DNA from: Camelus ferus
Lineage: Eukaryota
NCBI RefSeq assembly: GCF_009834535.1
Contig: NC_045696.1
Span: 13,394,001-13,458,000 of the forward strand
Direction of reading: 5' to 3'
Length of the DNA stretch: 64,000 bases
The notes beneath the pieces are model-generated. The model saw only the letters and a program-made list of their open reading frames with translations. It had not been told where the DNA came from and did not search any database. This document shows, in pieces, positions 13,575-23,690 of the stretch. Within the stretch, counting starts at the first letter, position 1. Every line of letters starts with the position of its first letter. Made by a program: the position numbers and the translations under genes.

Positions 13575-14200
13575 TTCTAATTTTATTTACTTTGAATAAA
13601 TAACATATTCACATGGTTCAAAATTCAGAAGACACCAAAGGCATAGAGGGAAATGTTTTTCCTACACTGTTATCCATTACCCTACCAATTAAGCCCTGTA
13701 AGCAAACAACGGGGCCCTTGACCTTCTTTTTGAAAAACAGTATATTATAGAGATTATTACGCATCTTACCTTTTTTAAAGCTTAAAAATAAATCCTGCTA
13801 TGTCAGTATAAAAGGAGCCCCTTCAGTTGTTTTATTGCATGAATAGAACATAATACGTTCAGTCTTCTGTTGATAGATGTTAGTTTTTTTCCAAAGTATT
13901 GCTATCACAAAGAATACTGGAATCAATAACCTTGTCCAAATTTCTTTTTGCATGTATGAACACATGTGAAGCATATTTCTAGAAGTGTGATTACTAGGTC
14001 AAAGGATAAATGCATCTGCATTTCTAAGAGATATTGACAAACTGCCCTCCACAAAGGTTGCTCTCTCATGTAGTAGTTGTCTTATTTTGTACTAATTGTT
14101 TAGTCATAGTTTTGTTTTGTAGTTGTTTATTCTACCAATAGTAAATGAAAATGTCTACTTCCATCACCCCATACATGTGCAGTGTGGGTTATTTGGTAGT
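13575..14200 (-). mobile_element. Old L1M(E-like) fragment
   Basis: ACATATTCACATGGTTCAAAATTCAG; TCTTCTGTTGATAGATGTTAG; TTTCTAGAAGTGTGATTACTAGGTCAAAGG; GATATTGACAAACTGCCCTCCA. Confidence 0.75.
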
Positions 14201-14574
14201 ATTGAATTTTTACCTAGGTTATTTTAAAATCTCATTAAATAATTAAATAGCAGCTATTTTTCTTTGAAAACTCAGAGATTTATGAGCTATGGGACACTTC
14301 TATTTAATGAAACATTCCAGACATAAGAAATCTCTTGAGTTTTTCATTTTAATTTAAATATGCACTCATTTTAGTATCTTTAGTAGTTTCTTTGTCTGCT
14401 TTTAATATAAGATGTATAGATGTAAAGATTAAGTTAAATATAGACTGTCCATTACTTGATTCACACTCTCTCACAGATTTAGTACATTGTTTCTAATAAT
14501 GCCTTAAATGTTTCAAATTTTGTGAGTTTCAACTCTAAGATTTAGATATGTTTTAGCAAATTAGAGTGTAATGC

Positions 14575-14722
14575 AAGAAGGAGGGAAGGAAGGAAGGAAG
14601 AAAGGAAGGAAGGAAGGAAGGGAGGGAGGGAGGGAGAGAGAGAGAGAAGGAAGGAAAAAAGAAAGAAAGAAAGGAAGGAAGGAAGGAAGGAAGGAAGGAA
14701 GGAAGGAAGGAAGGAAGGAAAA
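14575..14722. repeat. (GAAG/GAGG/GAAA)n polypurine simple repeat
   Basis: Read directly from the sequence. Confidence 0.97.
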
Positions 14723-15199
14723 AGGTTATAGATCAAGGGTCTTCCCAAGTTGCCTGATTTTACCTCAAATGGTACTTTGCATCTCATGAGCAGAATATGG
14801 GAAGTTTCACGTAGAAAAAAAGTAACAAACAAGTCCTAAAATAAATCCTACTCAGGACAAATCAGTAATTAGCTTATGGCTTTAGTAATTATTATCAAAA
14901 TTGCAACAAAACAAACATGGGATGTATAGTAAAGTTAGAAACAATTGGCAATGATTCCCTCTGACATGAAGTTTTTCTATAGTGCATTTTAAGGTGTGTA
15001 ATCATATTTTTAAAAATTCTTCCTGAAAAAGCATTGGTAGCATAACCATTTTATAAAGAGAGCCTTACCTAAATACTTTGGTCAGAAGGCCCTAGTTATT
15101 CAATAGCTTAGAATTAACTTTGGGGATTTATTTTCAGTTTTTAAAAATTACTTAATTTAATATTATTTTATTTTGGTTTCAAGGGATATCGTATCTCTG

Positions 15200-15850
15200 C
15201 AAAGTGCACTCTTTTAGTGTTGACTCTCTATATTCTGCACAGCCACCTCCACTTCAAGACAAGAACATTTCCTATTCTTTTTAGTGTCCTGTGCCCCTTT
15301 CCAGTTTATATCACCCTATCCCAGAAGTAACCCATTGTTTTAGTTTCCTGTGGCTGCTGTAACAAGTAATCTCAAACGTGGTGGGTTAAAAAACAGAAAT
15401 TTATTTTTATAGTTTTGTAGGCCAGAAATCCAAAATTAAGGCATTGACAAGACTACACCCTCCCTCTGACTGCTCTAGGGGAGGAAATGTCCTTGCCTCT
15501 TCTAGTCTCTGGTGTCTGTAGGCATTCTTTGGCTTGTGCACGCATCACCCCAATCTCTGCCTTCATCTTTACATGGCCTGTTTCTCTCTGTGTCTCTCCC
15601 CTGAGTGTCTCTTCTGTGGACACTTGCCATTGAATTTAGAGCCCATTTGGAACATTCAAGAGAAATCTCATCTCAAGATCTTTAATTATATTTGTAAAGA
15701 CCCTTTTCCCTTAAAAAACGTCACATTCACAGATCCTGGGGCTTAGGGTATAAAAATATTTTGGGGGAGTGCACCTTCAACTCTACTACCCTCCTATTTC
15801 AAATTCTATCAGTATAGTTAAATTGTGCCTGTAAAAGTATGGAATCATAG
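15200..15850 (-). mobile_element. Old L1M 3' fragment split by an MLT1 LTR
   Basis: CAAGACAAGAACATTTCC...CCCAGAAGTAACCCA before the LTR resumes as TTCTATCAGTATAGTTAAATTGTGCCTGT..TGGAATCATAG after it. Confidence 0.65.
15336..15790 (-). mobile_element. MaLR solo LTR (MLT1C-like)
   Basis: TGTTTTAGTTTCCTGTGGCTGCTGTAACAAG...GGCCAGAAATCCAAAATTAAGG...CCCAATCTCTGCCTTCATCTTTACATGGC...GTCACATTCACAG...CAACTCTACTAC. Confidence 0.9.
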
Positions 15851-17049
15851 TCATCCCCATCTCAGTGCCTGCTGTAGAAAAAAGATGTCTGGGAAGTCTC
15901 TACAGTTAACCTAGTTCCTTTCAAGAGCAGAGGGCCTGGACAGAACATCAATGATTCTGTTTGTCCGTGGATGATAAAATCTGGCAACTTCTGCAAAGTA
16001 CTTACCAGTCCAGTTTTCCCATGTAGCATATCCTACAGCAAAATCCTACTTTTGATCTAGGAATTTTAACTTGAGATTCCTCAGTTCTAGGAGAAGCACA
16101 GTATAGGAACTGAACCCATTCCTGCTAAACTCTCATGTAAGAGTGCCTCTGAAGGAACCAACTGAGGTATAGGTTTGCTTTAAATGATAATATCCTCAAA
16201 GTCACAAATGTAAAGAGACTCTTTCATAGCTCCAGAATCAGCCCTTTTCATTCACCTGAGATTCATTGTAATGCATTTGTTTCCTGCTCTTTAATGAATG
16301 GATATTGCTGCCCTAAAATTTAAATTTCGTTTCAAATACATATTTATGATATCATTGTCTGTGCTCAAGCAGGCGATTTTAAGATGATCTATAAGTATAG
16401 CCATGCAAATTCACTGCTCAAATGAATTCTGCCAAGATAGTTCTCATTAATCTTGGGAACACTGCAGATGCGTTTATTAATACAGAGGACTTTGTGTTAG
16501 AATGTCATGATCCTTCTGACATATTAAGCCATTTTTAATTTGCTCTTATCATCCAAAGCCCCTCTTTTTCAAAGATATCAGATAAATCTAGGGTGTTAAG
16601 CAACATAGAGTTATTTGGGGGTGCAAGGGAGAGTGAGAGGAGTTATTAATGTTAAGCAAATGCCTATGTAATTTTCAAAGGATCCAGGCGCCACCACAAA
16701 TGAGAAGATCCGTGGAGTATCTAGGGGGAAGATAATTTCCTGTTTATTTAATTGATCCTCTGTTACTTTTCTCTTGGCAGGTATAGCTCACTCATGGAAT
16801 GTGCACAGTGCAATCATTATTGGAAATGTCAGTGTGACATTTGATTAATCCAGTCTGTTCAGATTTGGAACGCAAGTCATGTATTTATTCTAACAACATA
16901 ATTAATTACTATTCTTCCTTTTTGTTTACATTGTATTTAGAGATTCCCTTGACATTGCCATCTTTCACCTATAGGTGCATTATATTTCTCTGCAGGTTGG
17001 TCCATTCCACGGGTCCAGCAAGCCCAGAAGTTTTGGAGTGGGAACGTGC

Positions 17050-17900
17050 CTAGCATAGAGCCCAAGGAGTCTAGTGAGCACAGGTGAGATGGGGTGGAGG
17101 TAACTCTGAGAGCTGGTGGAAGTCAGATCATGTAGGGCTTCGTAGACCACTGAAAAGCACTAGGTTTTACTGTGAGTGAATTAGAAAGCCACTGGAAGTG
17201 GCCATGTTAAACTTAACCTGAGTCTTATGCTCCTGGAAATTAGCAGCAATTCAAGAAACCCCCCTGACCTTTGTATTCCAGGAAATGGCTTACGGCTACC
17301 GCTCTCCCCCCATGATTTGGAGAAGACTTAGGGATGATGTCCTTGTTTACTTAGGGCAAGGCCAGATACTGACCCTCCCCACTCCCATCTCTTGTCTCAT
17401 AAATGAGTAGCTGAATTATCTGTCATCTCTGACCGATTGGAGCAGAATGCCTGTTGACTTGACCAAACTTTAGTTAATTTTCTCTCTTTATCAAATAATT
17501 CTGAAGTGGGCTCACCCCTAAGGTTAAAGAAATGTTAGAATTCAAAACAACCCCTCCTTGCTGACGTCTCATGAAGACTGCCCACAAGGAAAGACATCTC
17601 CTATTGAACTGTCCCATCAACCCACATGATCATCCCATTTCCCCACACCTGCTTCTTTCCAGCCTGATTTACTCCTCTCCATAGAAGAAAATCCTTTTTC
17701 TTTGACTTTGATTTGTTTGCATATCTCATGGTCTGGACTTTCTCCCTGTTGCAATAGCTCCCCTCCACCTATAGCAGGAGCTCTCTTCCTTTATGGCAAT
17801 ATTCGTTTTGAAAACAGCTTCTCCTTAAGTCTAGATTTGTTTTTTATTTGACGGAGGTTTTGAGCAGAGGAGGGATGTGGACACTGGAGGTTTATGAATA
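17050..17900 (-). mobile_element. L2 fragment split by an ERV LTR
   Basis: CAGATCATGTAGGGCTTCGTAGACCACTG...GAAAGCCACTGGAAG, then GAGGTTTTGAGCAGAGGAGGGATGTG after the LTR. Confidence 0.7.
17205..17853 (+). mobile_element. ERV1-class solo LTR (MER90/MER110-like)
   Basis: TGTTAAACTTAACCTGAGTC start, internal CTTGACCAAACTTTAG, TCTCCCTGTTGCAATAG and end TTTTTTATTTGAC(G); ~650 bp interrupting an L2. Subfamily uncertain. Confidence 0.75.
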
Positions 17901-18254
17901 AAGGACTCAATCTGGTGCTAAGTAAAGAAAAGCATGTAGAAATGTGTAGAAAAACAAGGGAGTTGGTGGTGAGATTAGTATTTATCTGACAAGGAACTTT
18001 GAGAGCTTGATCATAAAATCCCCACATAATTTGATAAGAACTGGTCCTGCCCACAGGTTATCTTCGGTCCTCAAAAATTAAGTCTTTGTGAAGCTCATGG
18101 TTTCATGAAGATTGCTGGGTGGAGCAGGCAAGCTGGGTGACATGCTCAGATAAGTCCCCTTTTGCCATATTTGAGATTGGCATTATCAGTGGGAAAGGCC
18201 AGGTGTAAGTTAAGATGCAAATCATGATGAATGTCCAGTTTAGGAGATTCATCT

Positions 18255-18745
18255 TATTCATCACTTTATTTACTCAACAAATATTTAGTAGATGCCTCTT
18301 ACAGATTCCAGGTTCTAAGGAATTGTAGTGAAAGAAGAGCCATCCCTTTGGGGGATTTGTCCTCTAGCCAGGGGACATGGAATCTAAATAACTAATCAGT
18401 TTAAATGAGATGCAGATAATGGTAGGAAGGAAGTAAACAATTACAGAATAATGTCTGAGGAGGATGGGGGCCAAGTTTAAATTGGTTGGTCTGGGGAGGT
18501 CTCTCTGTGTAGGTGACACTGGAGCTGAGAAGCAGCTGGAATAGTTAGTGGGAAAGTCTAGAGGCGCCAAGAATTGAGTACAGTCTAGGAATAGGATGCA
18601 GGTCATTGTGGAGATCTGGAGAAAAATGTGATCTGAGCTTGGGTCAAACAGAGGAGCTGAGTCCAGAGCCTGTGGGACCTTGCAGGACATGGAAAGGAGA
18701 TGAAATTTTGTTCCAAGTGTGATAGAAAGCCAGAAAAATCTGTGA
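18255..18745 (-). mobile_element. L2 3' fragment
   Basis: TTTACTCAACAAATATTTAGTAGATGCC...GGGGAGGTCTCTCTGTGTAGGTGACACTGGAGCTGAG...GGACCTTGCAGGACATGGAAAGGA. Confidence 0.75.
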
Positions 18746-18835
18746 GTCACTGATGCTGGAGTCTCCTTTTCCTACTAGAATTTTCCCTGCCTATGTCTGC
18801 TCCTAGTAGCAGAAAGGGAAAAGGAGGAGCAGGGA

Positions 18836-19597
18836 AATTAAACCCTTGTCAGTCCCATCTTTTGCACTCCTGGGCATATATGCAGAGGGAACCTTAATTC
18901 AAAAAGATACATGCACCCCAGTGTTCACAGAAGCACTGTTTACAATAGCCAAGACACGGAATCAACCTAAATATCTATCAACAGATGACTGGATAAAGAA
19001 GTGGTGGTATATTTATTCAATGGAATACTACTCAGCCATAAAAATAATAAAATAATGTCATTTGCAGCAACATGGATGGATCTGGAGATTGTTATTCTAA
19101 GTGAAGTAAGCCAGAAAGAGAGAAAAATACCTTATGATATCACTTACATGTGGAATCTAAAATAAAAAAAGACAGGCGAACTTATTTATAAAATACAAAC
19201 AGACTCACAGACATAGAAAACAAGCTTATGACTACCAGGGAGGAAGTGGGTGGGATGGGATAAATTAAGAGTTTAAGATTTGCAGATATTAACTCATATA
19301 TATATATACACACACATATATATATGAGTTTATATATATATATATATAATGGTATATATATATATATAATTGGTAAACAACGAGTTCATACTGCATAGCA
19401 CAGGGAACTATATTCAGTATCTTGTAGTAACTTATGGCAAAAAGAATATGAAAATGAATATATGTATGTTCATGTTTGACTGAAGCATTATGCTGTACAC
19501 CAGAAATTGACACAACATTGTAAACTGACTATACTTTAATAAATGTATATTGGAAAAAAATTTTTAAAATAAATAAATAAATAAAATTTAAAAAAAA
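18836..19597 (+). mobile_element. Young 5'-truncated L1 with short 5' inversion, ORF2 C-terminal remnant, 3' UTR and A-tail
   Basis: Translates to LLGIY..KDTCTPVFTEALFTIAKT..QPK..TDDWIKK.WYIYSMEYYSAIK (L1 ORF2 C-terminus). AATAAA plus A-rich tail. 17-bp TSD at 18819-18835 and 19594-19610 (15/17 identical). Confidence 0.95.
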
Positions 19598-20829
19598 GAA
19601 GGAGCAAGGAGTCTTTTTTGGTAGCAACAACTGGAAAAAGAACACTGTTTTACATGAATGGAGGAGTTATTGTGGTTAGTATTACAACTCCTGTTGAGTT
19701 CCAGCGTAGATCCTCCAGACTGAGCTTTATGCACATACAAGGGAGGGATGAAAGAAGAAAGGGAAAGGTGGAGAGAGAGAAAAGGAGAGGGGAAAGGAGA
19801 AGAAATAATTTAAATAACACCGTTTAGATAATTCAATGAGCTTGAAAGAGTAAATGCATAATGTTGATTTGACCCTTTGGCGAAAAAGAAAATGCCAAGG
19901 ATTTTAATGAATTCTCAGCCTTGGCAAAGAAGGATTCTTCAGGTGGGTAGGTAATTGATTAGTGATGATTTTGTATTCATCTAGTAAAAGTAGTTGAAAA
20001 TCCTGGAGAAATATTGACTAATAAAGAGTGAGGCTGGTAAAACACCATAGAGGAGAGGATGAAGATGACCATAAACAGGGAAAAACTGACAAGCTGAAAT
20101 TTTGATATATTTGTTGAAATGTTTCAACCAGAAAACTCTTAAATAAATACAATTCTGAATATCAGCTCTCTCCATAAAACTATACATAGTTCTATAAATT
20201 TAATATTTACATATAACATTAATGGACTGGGTTTCATATTATAAAATTATATATTTGGGACTTTTGGTGCCATTTATGGGATTTTTTTCAACTGACTATA
20301 TACAATTTTTGCTTTATGCTTAAGAATTTAATTCCCAGATCTAAGAATATAATTCCCATAAATTGAAACTGTTGATTTATAACATTGTTGATAGGAAAAA
20401 ATAGGTTTCAGGTTTTAATAAAATAATTTACAAATAAATTTTAGAATTTGACTCATTTGTAAATTGGAAACCAACTTATACGTATGTTATATATTTGTAA
20501 TATGTATTTACTATAAATTCTAATATATAGATATATTTGGCTTGGGTAGACACAATTTTTGAGTTTATTGGAATAAAAGGCTTTTTTCCCTTTGTTCCAT
20601 CTGCAAAAGAAGGAAAGGATCCCTATGGTTGCCAGGATTATATGAAACATGGCAGAGTTATGAAGTCGGTGTTAGGTAAGTGCTCATGATCACCATTATT
20701 TGAAATTTCTTATGGGCAAGGTGAGAAAATTACTTCTTGAAGGTGCATTTACTCTTTAAGGGCACTGGTTTGTCATTCCCCAACATTACGAAGTAATTTC
20801 CTAAAAAGCACAGCCCTCTCAACATGTGA

Positions 20830-20910
20830 AATCCTAGAGCATCACTAAAAGCAAGTTCTGCCCCAAGTACACAGTAGGCACTCCATAAATGTATGTTGAA
20901 TGGATACAAT
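20830..20910 (+). mobile_element. L2 3' end
   Basis: GTACACAGTAGGCACTCCATAAATGTATGTTGAATGGAT. Confidence 0.7.
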
Positions 20911-21634
20911 TTGGGCAGCTGGTGGTGATAATTATGATTTAACTGTAACCAAAATGTCCATTATGGTTAATTATATTTGTCTGCTCTGAAATGTTCCCTT
21001 TTCTTGGCTTAATGCAACATTATGCATAGACTTCCAAAGGCATCACACAGACTCCCTGCTACGGTTCTAGTACATGTTGCAAAGCATATCCATTCCTATT
21101 CATGATGTGTCTCAGTATGAAAGTGACAGGACAAATGTAAACAACCTCATTAGCAAGCAGCTACTAGACTTTAAATTTATAGCATAAAGAGTAATTGTTG
21201 TACTGGGGAGAAAATAATATGTCCTTTTTTATTTTTAATGTTTTGTTAGTTTATGGGTAGAATAATTTCTCCTTTTGTCTCAGGAGCACTTAGTGTAATC
21301 AAACCTACTTAATGTCACTATTTCTTATTATTCTACATCAATTAATGCACTTCCATTGTTTGTGAGCACATCCAGTTCTCTCCCTTCTACTCAGGTTGTA
21401 AATGAAAGCTGGTCCATGTAAATGGCCCAGAAAAACAACACACAGAGGCATGTTAGAGGGCAATTATCCTTTATATATACACATAACCACATCATTGTAC
21501 TTGGACCTAGCAAGCGATGCAACATAGGGGGTCAGCAAAATTGAGCCCGATGGCATGACCACAAGGCTATTGCTCGTGTGTATCCCTGACAGGCACATCT
21601 TTGTGCATGTGTGAGTTGTAATTATACTACTGTT

Positions 21635-21748
21635 TAGGGCCACAGCCTTGGACAGCCCCAGGGGGCAGCCCCTCACAGTATAGCCCGTACGAATGGTTGC
21701 CTCTGGAGTTCTACAGTGCACAGCCTGGAGAACTACATGTTAGCCCTG
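21635..21748. mobile_element. MER91-family hAT-Tip100 MITE
   Basis: AGGGC...GCCCTG termini; internal inverted CCAGGGGGCAGCC / GGTTGCCTCTGGAG; CAGTGCACAGCCTG. Confidence 0.7.
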
Positions 21749-22399
21749 CTATAGATAACGCCCTCGGGTATTTTCACTGGGGAATGGCTCTTCTCCCTCT
21801 CTCTCCTAATTCTTCTTACGTTCCTCCTGGTTCTCTTCCTCCTCCTTCCTCCCTGTTTGTTTCCCCCTCCCCTATTAGATACAGAAGATGACGGAGAAAG
21901 ACAAATTGAGAAAGGGAAGAAGACTTCTCCTACTGGAAGGGAGCTAGCCTAATAATTTAATCATTCACTGGACAGATAAATAATTCAGAATAACTAGAAA
22001 GGGTTAAGGGAGCGCCAATGAATTAGCTGAAACAAAAAACAAAAGTTTTAAAACCATTGCTTTTAAATAAACACAACAAATGGAGGCTTAGGCAATTTTA
22101 CCTATAGCTGTCCTCAGCTGACTTGTTTTGCATTATACATGCACAATTCACATGTAATTGTCTGTAAAAACGGGTGTATTCTTAGAAAATTCAAACATTC
22201 CACACACTTTGTTAATCTTCTTCACAAATTTTGTCCTAATGGAAGACAAAAAAGTCCTCTTTAGTGTGGCTCTGTCCAAAGTATGACAATTATTGGAATG
22301 CAAGTTCATGTAGAACATATTTAAAAAAAAAAAAAAAGACCCAATGAGAATAGAAAGACAGTGATTTATAGTGAGAAGGCAACAACAAAGTTTGTTTTT

Positions 22400-22560
22400 G
22401 TCTTCCAAAGTGACCTGGATTAATCATTTAATCTTCAGAAGCATTAGACTTCTGTTTGGTAAAAATAGATACAATTATACCCTCCTTTTATTTTTTTTTA
22501 ACATCCCAGAGATCTTATAAGACTCAAATGAGACGATATATATGAAAATGATTTTAAAAA
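22400..22560 (+). mobile_element. MIR SINE fragment
   Basis: GTGACCTGGATTAATCATTTAATCTTC..GTAAAAATAGA..AAGACTCAAATGAGA..ATATATGAAA. Confidence 0.6.
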
Positions 22561-22730
22561 CAGCCTGTAGATCTCTATCAGAATTTAGTACACAGAAATC
22601 ATAATTACTATTAAATTAATGGAACAACATGTATTTTTAAAGATAAATTTAAAAAACCTTACTCCAACAACACTATATTAAAATTCAAATCTGTATATGT
22701 TCTTAATTAGAGAGTCATTATCCAATTAAA

Positions 22731-22907
22731 TTTTTTTTTTTGTTAAAGTATAGTTGATTTGCAATGTGTTAGTTTCTGGTGTACAGAATAGTGGTTCAGT
22801 TATACTTATTTACCTATTATTTTCTGTATTATTTTCCATTATCATTTATTATAAGATATTGAATATAGTTCCCTGTGCTAAACTGTAGGACCTTGTTGTT
22901 TATCTAT
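22731..22907 (-). mobile_element. Short L1 3' end (artiodactyl/laurasiatherian type)
   Basis: T-tail then AAGTATAGTTGATTTGCAATGTGTTAGTTTCTGGTGTACAG...AAGATATTGAATATAGTTCCCTGTGCTA..GTAGGACCTTGTTGTTTATCTAT. Confidence 0.9.
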
Positions 22908-23376
22908 CATTTTTTAAAGCCAAGGAATGTTTTCACAAACTTCAAATACTATCTGAGGAAGTCATTTTGGGTTCAGTTACAACTATTATTGTTCCATAAT
23001 TGTCAAGCTTTGAAACATCATCATCATCACTGTTAAAAATGGAACCAGAATGTACCTAGTTCTTTGTGGATCTATGAATTAACCAGTGTGAGGGAACTTC
23101 TTTCTGGGCAGTTGGATAAAATGATTGTGTGTCAAGAACTGCTTTTTTTTTTTTTTTTTTAATATCATGATTCTTTCAGAGACTGGGAAATGTGGTGGAT
23201 TTACCAGGCTTTTGGGTTATTCTTTAATATTTTTCATGGGAAGCAAAGATCTTGAACAAAAAGAAATATGTGTCTAATGTAACGAATTAATTTGGTTACT
23301 GCTAATAATTCCATTTAAGTATCATGTCAAGAAAAAACTAATGAAAGAAGGCTTCCTCTGCATTCACTTTCTTGGA

Positions 23377-23483
23377 AGGATGACCATGTAAGTAATTTGT
23401 CATCTAAACCGAAACATGTTTGAGTGCTGGTAAAACAGAAATTAATTGGGGCATAAATACATGCATTTTGTGATTGTGGTCCT
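23377..23483. mobile_element. Possible MER81-like hAT-Blackjack fragment
   Basis: AGGATGACCAT...AATTTGTCATCTAAACCGAAACATGTTTGAG resembles the MER81 5' end. Confidence 0.45.
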
Positions 23484-23609
23484 ATTTATTAAGGGATTTT
23501 ATGCCAACACATACCCATGCATCTAGAATTTCAGAAATTGGGAAATAAGTATCAGATTCTCAGTGGACTAAACAGTCTAGAAGAATTTAACCTGAGGGTG
23601 GTCACCACC

Positions 23610-23690
23610 TCCTAGTCTTCACTGTATTTCCAAGGTCTAGTGTCATTAGATCACTGCAGGCCCCAATTAATGTCTATTAAATTGACAGAG
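23610..23690 (+). mobile_element. L2 3' end
   Basis: TCTTCACTGTATTTCCAAGGTCTAG...GCAGGCCCCAATTAATGTCTATTAAATTGA. Confidence 0.55.

Noticed and set aside
14542..14832. Low-complexity ORFs (GRKE / LPSF repeats)
   Set aside because: They are translations of the (GAAG)n tract.
18846..19055. L1 ORF2-like ORF as a functional CDS
   Set aside because: It is only the C-terminal remnant of a truncated, rearranged L1.
21789..21950. Long pyrimidine tract plus AG as a coding exon start
   Set aside because: The frames close quickly and there is no good donor; it is low-complexity sequence.
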